From: Octopus sinensis
Lineage: Eukaryota
Assembly (NCBI RefSeq): GCF_006345805.1
Contig: NC_043006.1
Location: 54,188,001 to 54,252,000 of the forward strand
Length of the DNA stretch: 64,000 nucleotides
Reading direction: 5' to 3'
Position numbers and translations under genes: made by a program. Each line of letters opens with the position of its first letter. The first letter of the stretch is position 1. The notes under the pieces were generated by a model. The model searched no databases. It was not told the DNA's origin and saw only the letters and a program-made list of their open reading frames with translations. This document shows, in pieces, positions 1 to 12,835 of this stretch.

Positions 1-10
1 GTGTGTGTGT

Positions 11-352
11 GTGAAGGCACATGGCTCAGTGGTTTGAGCATTGGACTCACAATCATGAGGTAGTGAGTTTGATTCCCGGGTAATGCTATATGTTGTGTTC
101 TTCAGTAAGACACTTTATTTCATGTTGCTCCAGTTCACTCAGATGTAGAAATGGGTTGTGATGTCACTGGTTCCAAACTGTATTGGCCTTTGCCTTTCTC
201 TTGGATAACATCAGTGGTGTGGAGAGGGGAGGCTAGTATGCATGGGCAACTGCTAGTCTTTAGTCTTCCATAAACAACCTTGCTTGGACTTGTGCCTCAG
301 AGAGGAACTTTCTAAGTGTAATCCCATGGTCATTCATGACTGAAGTGGGTGA
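11..352 (+). mobile_element. tRNA-derived CORE-like SINE, family B, near full length
   Basis: tRNA-like head (GGCTCAGTGG A-box, GTTTGATTCCC B-box-like) followed by TGTGTTCTTCAGTAAGACACTT...CTCCAGTTCACTCAG; related copies at 2914 and 9905. Confidence 0.8.
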
Positions 353-368
353 TATATATATATATTCT

Positions 369-506
369 AAAACTGACCAGATCAGGCCTCTCACAGATAT
401 CCAGCAATGTTGTATCTTCAAAATATCAAAGCTACAAGATAATATAGGATTAATTTTATAAAATCTGCATAAATAAGTATTACATTTGACTGAATACTAA
501 AGGGGT
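369..506 (+). mobile_element. piggyBac-type MITE family 1, partial diverged copy
   Basis: AAACTGACCAGATCAGGCCTCTCAC...GAATACTAAAGGGG matches the internal and right part of the copies at 47030 and 50112. Confidence 0.7.
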
Positions 507-619
507 GAAAGACGCTTATAAGGCATTAATAGCCCCAAAAACCCTAGTTAACTAATACCTTAGTGAATTTAGCTGTTTGTCCCAATCAACTGAAACTTCA
601 ATACACATATACAAGCACA

Positions 620-835
620 CCATCATCATCATCACTTAATGTTCACTTTTCTGTACCTGATGGAATGTGTTGAGACAGATTTTTCTGCAACAGGTATCCT
701 TCTGTCTCGACTACCCTCACCTGTTTCCAAGTAAGGTAATATTTCCTCATTGCCAGATGTGTTTTCATGGAAGGTTGGATGCAAAGGAGACTGCTTGTAT
801 GACAGTGATGCTCGTTTACAACTATCATATGGCAT
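620..835 (-). mobile_element. SINE family C fragment with (CAT)n tail
   Basis: CATCATCATCAC...GGTATCCTTCTGTC...CCCTCACCTGTTTCCAAGTAAGG; the same motifs recur at 7793, 23190 and 47370. Confidence 0.65.
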
Positions 836-1019
836 CAGGACCAGGAAACAGTTACAGGTACACACACACTTTCTGTCTACTAACTTGACTCATGAGGCCT
901 TGACACTTAGTAGATGACACTTGCCTAAGGTATTAGTGGGACTAACCCTGAAACCATGCATGCAGCATGCATACACACTCAGGTTTATATATACATATGT
1001 GTGTGTGTGTGTGTGTAAC

Positions 1020-1270
1020 ATGTAAAAAAGCACCTGTGCCAGTGACACATAATGCACCCCCATGCTGGTGACATGCAAAAAGGCCCCATGCCAGTGACAT
1101 AAAAGGGCAACCAGTACACTCTGTAAAATGGTTGGTGTTAGGAAGGGCATCCAGCCATAGAAACCAAACCAATGCAGACACTGGAGCCTGGTGCAGCTCT
1201 GGCTTACCAGCTCTTGTCAAACCATCTAACCCATGCCAGCATGGAAAACAGACGTTAAATGATGATGATA
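1020..1270 (+). mobile_element. SINE family C
   Basis: GGTTGGTGTTAGGAAGGGCATCCAGCCATAGAAAC...CCATGCCAGCATGGAAAACAGACGTTAAATGATGATGA. Confidence 0.75.
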
Positions 1271-1849
1271 GAGATATATGTACACACACCCAGTCACATC
1301 CATGTAAACATACGTACATATGTATACATGCACACAAAATCAGGATTTTATTAAAGTGATGATATGTTTGAAACATGATACTGATAGTGTCTCTGATTAT
1401 TTCTGTGATTTCTTTGTTTTAACTATGTTAATTTAAAAAAAAAACGTACATAAGTATAATATTGTAATATTTACTTAGTGATTGTTTTATCACCACCTAA
1501 ACAAGTAGAGTGAAATTTAATTCTTTGATGAAGAGGTGTAATAAGATTGAAACATGCCTAGTGTTGATTCCAGTACATACCAAAACGATTACTGATTGTG
1601 TTTCATTTTTCTCAGCATACAAATATTTTTAATGATACTTTTTATGTTCATTACCCTAAATATGATAACGCTAATTTGTCCTATCCACTATCTTGTTTGT
1701 TGATAATTAGGCAACTTTTATTCACAGAAATCAGAAAGTGGTTTTATCCAAGAACTGTTGTAGCAAGTGTGTCTGTGTGTGATAAAGAGTCAACAGTGAT
1801 GTAGTTCCCATTTTTCCTCTCTGATTCCTTCTGTCTTTCTATTTATTAT

Positions 1850-1854
1850 CTCTC

Positions 1855-1924
<70 letters not shown>
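1850..1924. repeat. (CTGT)n/(CT)n microsatellite
   Basis: direct reading. Confidence 0.95.
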
Positions 1925-1927
<3 letters not shown>

Positions 1928-2913
1928 TGAATGAGGTGGTGGGGAAAATTCTGTTATATCCATTAAGCTGCTATGGTAAGAAACCTGTCCTGAATCCGGG
2001 GTGAGACGGATTTGATATCTGTATTAACATGGACCTTTATTTTATTTATTTATTGGTTTCCTAGGGCTTAGAGTACAACTCAAGAACCTACTTACATTGG
2101 TAGGTAAGAAAGAGAGGGAGTAGGGGTGGGGGCAGGAGACCTAAATTAACTTTATCCCACATCTTTTTGCTTTCTCTCCATGATCCACCCCCACCTTACA
2201 TCAACCTTCCCTCAGCCAGTTCCCACCCTCCAGAAATGGAATGGGGTGGAGACAGAAAGAATGGTGGTGGTTTGTGGTGGTTGGTAGGTCGGTAGGTTGG
2301 TTGGTTTACTTGGCTAGACAGGCATTCCATATGCTTTTCTCACACTGCTGGTGGGAATCTGAATGATGGACAAGGTTGTGAATGGAGTGGCTGTCAAGTG
2401 ATGGTGGCAGGCAAGGAGGGAGAGGAGAGACAGTGTGTACTACTGCTGGAAGAACTGGAAAGTTGTTGTTATTATTATTAAACTATGTTTCTAACTCTGA
2501 TATTACATACAGACTTTATAAGAGTTGCTTATTTGGAAACATTCTCAGAGAAAATTGGTGAAAAAAAAAAAATGAAAACTAAAAAAAAGTTGAATGGGAA
2601 AAACTGCTAAATTTGTAACTTCACTATATTCATCACCAAGTTCTTATCTTTTGTCTCTCTGACATTGTTGTGTAGACAAGGGGAATGGTAAGGGATGATG
2701 GAATAATAGAGTTAGAGGAATTCCATCAATCTAAGTTGTGAGTTCAATTCCTACTGTAGATGATGTTGGCTTTTTTTTCTTCTATGATTGAAAGAGTTTA
2801 GTACCAGTGGCTTTATCTTCTTGATGAAACCTGTTCTTGAAGAAGAGGTTGAGCAATAAGGATCAGGAAAGTGCCTATAAACGCCGTTTCTGATCCTGTA
2901 TTACTAGTAAGAT

Positions 2914-3155
2914 TGTGGAGATGTGTGGCCTAGTGGTTACGGCGTTGGATTCCTGATCGTAAGATTGTGGTTTTGATTCCTGTATTGGGCAATGTATTGT
3001 GTTCTTCAGCAAAACACTTCATTTCTCATTGCTTCAGTCCAATCAGCTGGCAAAAATGAGTAATTCTGCGATGGACCAGGGAGAGAATATGTGCTCCACA
3101 GAAACTGGGAAACTATCCCCATGAGTCTATATGTTGCGAGAAAGTTCTTTATCTA
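2914..3155 (+). mobile_element. SINE family B
   Basis: GTGGCCTAGTGGTT...TTGATTCC...TGTGTTCTTCAGCAAAACACTTCATTTC. Confidence 0.75.
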
Positions 3156-3249
3156 CCTTTTGTGTAGTAGGATTGAGTTGTCTTCAGACTGGCCATCTCA
3201 ATCAAATGTCTGCAATAGAATGGGACATGGCTAAGGTCACCCAAGAATC

Positions 3250-4350
3250 AGTTGGTAATATTAAACTGAGCAACAGATAAAGTCTGCCACCCACATACCT
3301 ATGGCCTTTACATCCTTGCCTCTCCACAACTTCTTAGAAATTATAAATGATGTTGAAGTTGATAGTTACTCTACATGTTTTATGGTACATCCTAAGATCA
3401 CAAACTTAGGCCATACCGAGAATGAATATATAGTTTCTGCCTTAAAAGCTAAAAAGTCCAGATCTACTTTATCATGGAGAGCTGACATGCTATCTTGATA
3501 AATAAATTTATTTCAAATAACAAAGCTATTAAACCAAAGACTTGTCAGTGAAATGTTTTAGATAGAAGCCATAATAGAAACCACTCAAGAGGCTGTTCTT
3601 ACTTTAGAGCCCCCTCTGCAGCAAGTATTTGGGCCAATCTGTAGTTTGAGGATCAGTTCTTGCTAGTAATCTTAGAGGCCCTGGAAAGGGCCATGAATGC
3701 TGCTCTACAAAGTCATAAAAAAGTAAACGTCAATTATTTTTCCTTATAGCAAACTCACCCTCATCGCCACACAAAAGAGTCTCTACTCTTTTTGCAAATT
3801 TAAAGTTGTACCACTGGTTCACTGTTAAACTGTATCCTCTTTTTGTTTCCCTCCTACAATGGTTTATGCTTCTCTGAATGCCATCACTTCACTTCATGAT
3901 ACAACTGCTTTATCACCCAACCATTTTCTCTATTTTCATTTCAATCTTAGTCTTCATTTCTCATGTACAAGTCTTTTAAAAGTTCTTGGGGTGTAGTTGA
4001 GGCCTGACTGCTAGATGAATAGAAACTTGGATGAGCTGGGTGGTCAGTTATACACAAATGTTCAAGGAAAGCTATCTCTGAAAGGTCAGTTAGAGGTGCC
4101 AGAGGCATGCATCACCTCTGTTATTTGTTACTGCCTGACTGTTGTGCCTTGCCTCAATTTTCATCTGATCAGATTGTATAATCTGCTCTTTTGCTTCTTG
4201 TAGAAGTTAACATATTTTACTGGTCAGTAGGTCCATCTGCTGGAGAATAAAACTGAAAGAAGACACTTGTCTTTGCATGTCAAGATAATCTTGGATCTGT
4301 GGTATTCTTCAAATGGCCAGTGGCTGTCCACCTGTTGGAACATCGAATTT
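3250..4350 (+). mobile_element. Degenerate Tx1/L1-clade LINE ORF2 remnant
   Basis: 4015-4203 translates as GKLSLKGQLEVPEACITSVICYCLTVVPC...RLYNLLFCFL, resembling the Tx1-type post-RT region (recalled as RKLSLKGRAEV...SVIYYRLTVVPCP); VLTLEPL near 3600 resembles an RT motif; many stops; 5' boundary uncertain. Confidence 0.6.
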
Positions 4351-5592
4351 CATACTTTTTTTTTTGTAGTGTTATTTTTCCATGTCGGTGTCTCATGCTT
4401 AATTTTGTATAAATTCAATTGTTTATTTTTTCTCTTTTGTCCTTTATACTGAATACAAGAGATCGTTATTATATTATTAGAGCAATGGATTAGCATAATT
4501 ACTAGAGTACCAGAACAAAATTATTTGTGGCATTTCCCCCAGGTATTTGTGTTTTGGTTTCAAATCTCACCATGGTCAACTTTACTGTTTATTCTTTGGT
4601 GGGTGGGGTGGGGTTGGGAGGTGTCAATAAGATAAAATAAAATGGAGTCAGTATAAGTCTAATATTCTTTTTCCTCTCAAATTTTACTATTGTTTTCCAT
4701 TATCAGCTATGCCAATAGTAAGATCACACTACTATTATATTAAACTATTAAATGTAGCCATCACTGCAGCCTCCACCCATCTTCACAGCTCCTGCAGTAC
4801 ACACTACTAGTTACACAGCCACCACTTCATCCAACACCACCACCTCCATCACTGTCTATTTTACCATATTGCTATGGGTGTGTTGGACCAGGATATTCCA
4901 ATAAAGTACAGCAGTGAAATTGTTTAATTACATTTTTGAGCAGCAAACTGTGAAATTAGACTTGGATTGGTGAGCGAGACTCTGTGTGTGTGACTGACAA
5001 TGTGTGTGTGTGTGTGTTTGAGTCTTGAGCCTGTGACTGTGTTGTGTTTTCAATGTTTGTTTACCATGCGTATCAGTGGCCATGCTTATTGTATGTATAG
5101 TGGATCTGTTTGTGTGAGTGGTTATGCATACACACATACCAATGTGTGTGTTCTCGTGCCAGTTGTGTATGGAATGCATCTGATCTGTATTCAGGTTCTG
5201 AAAACAAAACTAAACAATAACAACCAACTATCAGCATCTTATGATAGTCTGCTGACATTACCAGTTAGGCTTCTGTGCAGTTGGTCCCACTTCAAATTAC
5301 TATTGTCTGTTTACTAATAGCATATCAGTGACTTTTCAATTGCCTACCAGATGGACATTTCTGGTATTCCTTTTCACAACTGCAGACACCTTTCATTGTC
5401 TCCTGATAGACTTATTGTCTTCACATACAAGCTTGTACCATCATGTGATAATCTCTTATTTGTTGAGGTTTGGGACACAGTTATTAGTCGTTAGTCTATT
5501 AGTCACTTTTGATTCACACACACATTTGTTAAAAGTCATTAATTTGTACTAATACTCTAAAGTCTCCAGTCATTATTAACACTTCAAAAAGA

Positions 5593-6000
5593 TTTTTTTT
5601 TTTTTTTTTTTGAAATATAAAATATATGTATTTAAAAACAAGGGAAGCCAATTGTTGGGATGGCCTTGTCACTTTGTGGCCTGGAAGAGCAGCAGTTTTC
5701 CTCTGTTTGGTAGGTATAGCAAAAGAAGTGCTGTAGATGTGACTGAAACAAGTAATTTCTAATCAATTATTTTCAAGTTCCGTTTAGAGAGGGAAGTGCT
5801 ATTCTCCAGTAAATTTGTAGAAAGGTGCTTAAGAGCTCAGGTTTATTCTCAGCATCTACCTGTAGGTTTATGAATATTACGTGAGAAAGGGTACTTAAAC
5901 ACTGTAGTTCAGAAACAATCAAGGTATCTTACATGGTTCTGCTGGGTTCCTCCATTGGCCCTAAGTTGCAGTTAGCCCCTTTGGGACTTAGTCCCATAGT
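5593..6000 (-). mobile_element. Probable I/Jockey-type LINE RT C-terminal remnant beside a T19 tract
   Basis: minus-strand frame with stops reads QQNHVRYLDCF...ALKHLS...RNLKIID, like the RYLG region of RT; poly-T at 5593-5611 could be a minus-strand poly(A) tail. Confidence 0.35.
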
Positions 6001-6737
6001 TGTATACTGTGCATGCCATTTCTAATTTTCTTTTTTCATTCTTCTTCTTTCAATGTAACTCCGTGTTTTATGTGACCTACTTTTGTAACAAAAATACCTT
6101 GTGGTATTTAGTTATAGCTATATATAACCCCAGACGCAACATATACTAATGTACATATGTATATTTGTGACATAGCATATATCCTGAAATTATCACTTAA
6201 CCTAGAATAGCTTGCTTGCTTAAATACATGGTGGATCTTGTCTCACTGAAAGGTCATGTGTGACATTTTTTTCAGGTGCTACAAACACTAATAACCAGAC
6301 AATACCAGTAGATAGTAATACTTGTAAAACATTTTCCTTGTATTGACTGGAAGTATAAATCCTGCTTTTCTTTATTTTATTACCTTCAATTAAACTAGAT
6401 AATTATTTAATGAGCGTTGATTTTTTTTTTTTTTACTTTTGTTTAATGTGCTTGTGTGTTATTGAGGTTATATGGTATTAAGTTTCTACCGGCTTTCTTC
6501 ATACCAAACAAGGTTAATTGATTGTTAATACTGTTAGTTTTTATCGTTCTGGCAATTAAATATTATCTTATCCTTTCATGGTCATAGTCGCTTCTAACAT
6601 GCCATCTGATTTAACATCACCTCTTGATCTTTGGGTCACTTTGCTGCAGGCATTCAGATCGCACCCACATTTTCCCTGGGTGTCAGCATTTGTCTCAGCT
6701 GAAAGTAGACTATTTCACTCCCAACTAATTTATATCT

Positions 6738-7112
6738 TTCCTCTTTCATTTGTTTTAGTCTGTGGCCATGCTGGGGCACCATCTTGAAGGGTTTAATCAA
6801 ACAAATTGATCCCAGTTCTTATATTTTTTTAAAGTCTGATACTTATTCTGTCTCTTTTGCTGAACTGCTAAGTTGTACTGACAAAATCAAACCAGCACTT
6901 GGTGTCAAGTGGTGGTGGTGGGACAAACACAGACATATACACACAGGCACAATATGAGGTTCCACAGTTTCCATCTACCAAATTCATTCACTAGGCATTA
7001 GTCATCCCCAGGCTAAAGTAGAAGACACTTGCCTAAGGTGCTATGCAGTGGGACTGAACCCAAAACCATATAGTTGCATAGTGAGCTTCTTAATGGAACA
7101 GCCATGCCTGCA
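6738..7112 (-). mobile_element. SINE family A, full length, diverged
   Basis: GGCCATGCTGGGGCACC tail through AGAAGACACTTGCCTAAGGTGC...GGGACTGAACCC head. Confidence 0.85.
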
Positions 7113-7213
7113 TCTATGAAAACTGAAATAATGCACAAAATTGAAATACTTATGATCTTTAAAACAGAAGTGAAACTTCTACATGATTTTGCTATCATTC
7201 ACAAGGAGTAGAA

Positions 7214-7454
7214 TTAACCCCTTTGTTACCAACCCAGCTGAAACCGGCTCTGGGTCTGAGTACAAATGTCTTGTTTTCATAAGTTTTGAATTAAAATCTC
7301 CCACCAAACCTTAGTCACAATTTGTGTTCCTAACATTAGCTGAATGATAACTAAATTATTTTACTAAATTATTTTACTAAATTCTTTGTTATATTTAAAG
7401 TAATTGAAAGAAATACAGAGCATCTCAAAATAAATACAGTAATGAAAGGGTTAA
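7214..7454. mobile_element. piggyBac-type MITE family 2
   Basis: TTAA|CCCCTTTG at 7214 and GAAAGGG|TTAA ending at 7454; non-coding interior differs from family 1. Confidence 0.75.
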
Positions 7455-7792
7455 TAACTAAATATATGTGAAATGCAAAAACTTCCACTCTTCCCCATCT
7501 GCCATATGACCTAGTACTTTGTGGCAGATTGTACAGAATAGTACCAGAATAGAATGACTATTGCCATATTTCATCTACAAGACCTGTGGCCTGCTCCCAA
7601 GTGTTTGATTGGCAACCAGTACTGTAGGTAGGTGTTGTCAAACAGAAGTGACAACGGATTTATCAACAGCAACAACATGAATTTAGTGACTTTGTATGGT
7701 GTGTTGAAAGTGAGTTAGCACAGACTCAGTAATGCATTGTCACTGAAAGCTAAAATGCAACAAATAGTTAAAAAAAAGTCTTGAACAGGCAG

Positions 7793-8030
7793 ACATCATC
7801 ATCACCATCACCATTGTTTTGATGTACACATTTCCATGTTTGCATGGGTCAGGTGGAATTTGTTGAGGCAGATTTTCTGTAGCTGGATGCCCTTCCTGTT
7901 ACCACTCCGACCTGCCCCAAGCCAGTTTCCCATAGCTAGACATGTTTTTTACAGAAGGATAGAAACAAGCAAACCTTGCTTGTAAGGACTATTTTAAACT
8001 ATTACATGATGTCTGAACAAGGGTACATAT
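7793..8030 (-). mobile_element. SINE family C
   Basis: CATCATCATCACC...GCTGGATGCCCTTCCTG. Confidence 0.7.
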
Positions 8031-8049
8031 ACTCACATGCGCACACACA

Positions 8050-8570
8050 CATGATATCTTCTTTCAGTTTTTTGTCAACCTAATCCATTCAGAAGGCTTT
8101 GGTTGGCCTGAGGCTATATTCTTTTACTTGGTTCAGTCATTTGACTGTGGCCATGCTGGAGCACCACATTGACACCACGACTTATTTCTTAAGCCTAGTA
8201 CCTATTCTATCAATCTCTTTTGTTGAACTGCTAAATTACTGGTATGTAAACATACCAACACCAGTTGTCAAGGAGTGATGGGAGAAACAAACACAGACAT
8301 AAATGCACCCACACACATACACATACAACGGGTTTCTTTCAGCTTCTGTCTACCAAGGCCTTGGTCAGCCCATGGCTATGGTAGAAGACACTTGCCCAAG
8401 GTATCATGGTGTGGGACTGAACCTTGAAACATGTGGTTGGTAAGCAAGCTTCTTACTACAGCCACACCTGCGGCTATATTGTAGAAGACACTTGCTCAAA
8501 GTAGTGTGTAGTGGGACTGAACCCAAAACCAGTGGTTGGGAAGCAATATTTTTCAATACACAGCCATGGT
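8050..8570 (-). mobile_element. Two nested family A SINEs (inner copy about 8121-8471)
   Basis: outer copy breaks after GGCCTGAGGCTATATT (8120) and resumes at GTAGAAGACAC (8481); GGCTATATT occurs at 8112-8120 and 8472-8480. Confidence 0.8.
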
Positions 8571-9904
8571 TACAACTTGTATATTTAATTGCTTTTGATG
8601 CACTTGAATAGCTAACATCATGTGCAGGTGTTTGCAGCATAGCTAACTGGCTGTTCTGTTATATAATGTGGTTTGGGTTCATGCCAGGAATTCCTTGTTG
8701 TCTTCATAAAAGAAATTTTCTTCCTCCATATAAAGAATGGACAATGCAAAGTATGTTTAGGTTTTGATATTTCTGTCAGCTTGCTTCCTCAACCTCACAA
8801 AAATCAGAACTTACTTTGTTTCACAAACTTGTATCAACTGGTGTTTTTCTTTCTTTCTTTCTTTCTTTTTTTAAAATTTTTTTTTTACCAGTGCAGACCA
8901 TCGTTGGTTTTCTTAGACTCTACTGTTGGTTTTGTTTTTTATTCTTGTACATGACACATATGTGAGATATATTGTAGTGAACAATTGACTGTGAACACAT
9001 AGAATCTCGCATACATGGAGAGAAATTAGCTGAGTTCAAAATTGAGAGAAAAATGATAAAGTGATTTGGCATGAAAGATAGACGATGTTAATTGGTATGC
9101 AGATGGTGTTTAAAATGTCCTTCCAGTTAATATGTATCAGTCCACTACTCTCACTTACCATTGCCTAACTCTTACTGTCCATCACTTGCCTTCCTTTATA
9201 GTCATCCATCTTCATTGCTAACTAATTATGCTGCTCATTCTGTCCCTTAGTCAATCTCCTTACCAACAAGCAGCATGTAAATTCCAGAGTTTCTCTTCCA
9301 TTGTTCTCTCCCTCTACTATCCTCTCCTATGATTTTGTTTCCCTTGTATCACACTCACACTGTCTCCTTCTTCTCACCCCTTAACGTTTTTCTTGAAAGA
9401 ATGGAGACAAAATAGAGAAGAGAATATTCTTTAGACTTGCATGGGACATGACAGCTTCTCCAGTGCTGGCGTCTTAATAAAACACTTGCAGTATACTCTC
9501 TGAAGTGTTTGGCAAATGAACAGAGATAATGTTGTCTTGAAGGAGATGTGACAACCTTGCTATGGCTACCACTATGATAAACCTTGCTGGAAATGGACTG
9601 TGTGAATAAGACATAGTCCTGACCCACTCAGGAAGAGACAGTAACTACTAATAAGAACTGCCTATTGCTTTGATAGTCTGTTCAATCCATGTGAGCATAG
9701 AAAACAGAAATAAACCGTGAAGTAAGTAAAATGTTTCCCAGAGCCTGAGGAAGCTTATAAACGGAGTTCCAGTTTGTGGTGTTAAACTGATAATGGATAA
9801 ATCACTCAATCAGTATTCCTCTAAAATTACAATAACTATTCCTATAATCTAGATAAAGTGCGGTATGTAGAATTCAGTGCTCTGCTAATAAAACATCTGG
9901 CATA

Positions 9905-10155
9905 GATAGTATGGCCTAGTGGTTGTAGGTTCGATTCCTAAATTGAATAGCACATTGTGTTCTTGTGCAAAACCCTTCGTGTTACTCCAGTTCAATCAAC
10001 TGTAAATGGATAACCCTGCAATGCATGGAATAGCCTTTCAATCAAGGGGAATGTTGGCCTGCTTGCCTAGCCAGCAGGATGGCATCACTCAAAAGCTAAA
10101 ACAATGCAAAGCACTTCATGATCAGCATTGTATAACATCTGACAGTCTGGCCAAT
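9905..10155 (+). mobile_element. SINE family B variant
   Basis: GGCCTAGTGGTT...GTTCGATTCC...TGTGTTCTTGTGCAAAAC...CTCCAGTTCAATCAACTG. Confidence 0.65.
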
Positions 10156-10190
<35 letters not shown>

Positions 10191-10435
10191 CAATAAGAAA
10201 ATGGAGAGGATCAATAGGTGGTTCATCAACTTTTAGACATTATATTATGTCAATTTATTTATTTACTAAAATGACAATTACAAGAATATACATACATGTA
10301 TAACATATTATGCTTTACATATACAATATATAAAGATACCAGTAATTATTAAAATACATATATATATATACTGCCTTTCTGATGTGTAAGCAGTAAACTT
10401 TTATACTTCTAAGTCTTTTGTTAACTCTACCCATT

Positions 10436-10792
10436 CATGGATGTGTAGTTAAGAAGCTTACTTCAACCATATGATTTCAGGTTCAGTCCCATTGCATAGC
10501 ACATTGGGCAACTATCTTCTACTATAACCCCAGGCCAACCAATGCCTTGCGAGTTAGTTTGGCAGGAAATGTGTGTATGCATGCATATTTATGTTTATCT
10601 CTCACTGCTCAACAGCTGGTGTTGGTATGTTTACATCCTTGTAACTTAGCAGTTCAGCATAAAAGAGACAAATAGAATAATTACCAGATTTCAAAAATAA
10701 GTCCTGGGGTCATATTGAGTGACTAAGTATTCAAAATGGTGCCCCAGAATGGCAATAGTCCAATGACTGAAACAAGTAAAAGATAAAAGAAT
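10436..10792 (+). mobile_element. SINE family A, full length, diverged
   Basis: head GGTTCAGTCCCATTGC through tail GACTGAAACAAGTAAAAGATAAAAG. Confidence 0.85.
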
Positions 10793-12243
10793 ATCGAATA
10801 ACAACTTGATAAAAAAAAAACGCAACAAAAACCAATCAAAGAAGCAACCCCCAAAAATGTGAATGGGTGTTTATACAGTTTTTATTTACTAACAAAGTAT
10901 AGCTAGAAGACTTGGACATTTATGGTTAAAAAAATATGGAGTAACAGAGTATAGAAACCTGTGACTTAGGAGACCAAAAATTTACACTTGATTCTCCAGG
11001 TCATTGTAAATTTTTAATGAAAAGAAACACACTGAAACCTTGGTAACAAACAAATGATAATGATGATAATGGTGGTGGTGACATTGATGTCAGCAGGAAT
11101 TTCTTTACTAAACTAGTTTACTTTCATTTTGGATATGTCAACTTTGAATGGCCTGGACAAGGAAGCTAATTTGATGAAACATAATGATTGATAAGTATGG
11201 TTTATAAGGATGAGTTTCTATGTGAATACATGTATCTTCATGTTAGCAGGCATGTCTCCTTATATGCACTGACATTTTACCTTAACTTATGAATGAATTG
11301 AGGGATGGTTCAGTATTTAAGCAATTTTATATTGTTATCCCTAATTATTATTGTAATTATCATCATCTGCTTTACTATTACAGCTGTTAAATATGAAAAT
11401 TAGTCTTAAGATGAGGTTATTTCTCAATTAACTCCATTGTTTATTGGTGCAATTATCTCTCAGTTATTGGGTTCTGCCAATTTTTATAACTATAGTAGTA
11501 AAATATGCTGCAAAAATTTGGGAAATGCAGTTAGCATGTTTAGTATGTGTCATTGATATGTTTCCTGTTGTGAAAACAAGACATGATTTTTCTCCCATCA
11601 TGCCTCAGTTTTCTGAAAAAGCACCATCTTCAAAAACTATGAAAAAACCCCAAACATATGAATGTGCATGTACTGTCCCCTATCATGTGGTTAAAATGTT
11701 TACTTCTGCTTAGTTATTACATGATGCCTTAAGCAAGTATCTTCTATTATAGCTTTCTGTTGACAATTGTCTTGTGAATGAATTTTGGCAGCTGGAAACT
11801 GTTGAATAAATTGGTGCATTGAACAAAGATACTTTGTGGTCTTGTTCCATCCCTCTGCATCTAATATGGAATTAGTCATTTTTTAAAATAGAAAATCTAT
11901 TTTAACCCTCTCTGAGGAGTGAGCAATTTTCATCTAATATTCTAAACTAAGTTTCCTCATTGCTCACCAGACTATAGATGATATGATCTCAACTAAAATC
12001 AGTTTTAAAATGAAGGAGTGGAAAACTTTAGTACCAAAAACAAATTGCAAGTACTTAAGAACCTCGGGGAGAGAAAATAATGAATCTTTAATTTTACATA
12101 TTCATAGATATGTAATGCATATTTTGGTTTTAACCATTTCCCTTCTGTATAATTTTTTTAGAGATTTTGTCAGTGGGTGGTTTTAGAAATGTAAGTGAAA
12201 TTTTACTTGTGTTTGAGGGGGTTCCCCACTCCTGTTCTGGATG

Positions 12244-12254
12244 AACACACACAT

Positions 12255-12319
<65 letters not shown>
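12244..12319. repeat. (CA)n microsatellite
   Basis: direct reading. Confidence 0.95.
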
Positions 12320-12321
<2 letters not shown>

Positions 12322-12417
12322 GTGCCTCAAAGTTCCTGGCTTTGAGTAAAAGATAATACAGGGGGATCAGTTAATTATGATTTTATTCAACATATCCCCA
12401 TCTCAGATTCACACATT
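12318..12417. mobile_element. Mariner-derived MITE end fragment
   Basis: GGGTGCCTCAAAGTTCCTGGCTTT...TTATTCAACATATCCCCATCTCAGATTCACAC resembles a mariner terminus plus the reverse complement of the transposase C-terminal (GEYVE-stop-like) region; recalled similarity. Confidence 0.5.
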
Positions 12418-12473
12418 GTGTGTGTGTGTATACATACATACATATATATAGAGAGAGGTGAGGTGAACTATAT

Positions 12474-12835
12474 ATGCAGGCATGGCTGAATGGTTAAGTT
12501 CACTTCCCTACTTTGGGGTGCCTTGGGCAAGTATCTCCAGGCCAACCAAAGCCTTATGAGTGATTTTGGTAGAAGTTTAAAAAAAGCCCTATTATGTGTG
12601 TGTGTTTTGACAAAATGATAGTTGTAAATGAGCATCACTGTCATACAAGTGGTGTTATTCTTTTCCAATCCTCTGTGAAAACATGTCCATTCAATTATGG
12701 AAAACATTACCATGTTTGCAAACAAGTGAGGAGGGCTGGCAACAAGAAGGGCACCCAACAGTAGGAAATCTGCCTCAACCAATTTCAATTCCATCTGACC
12801 CATGCAAGTGGACGTTAAAATTATGATTTTCACAT
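12474..12835 (+). mobile_element. Family A head followed by family C fragment
   Basis: GCAGGCATGGCTG...CCTTGGGCAAGTATCT; then GGCAACAAGAAGGGCACCCAAC...GGACGTTAAA. Confidence 0.65.

Noticed and set aside
11-90. tRNA-like sequences here and at 2914, 9905 and 52805
   Set aside because: They have A/B boxes but no complete cloverleaf and continue into SINE bodies
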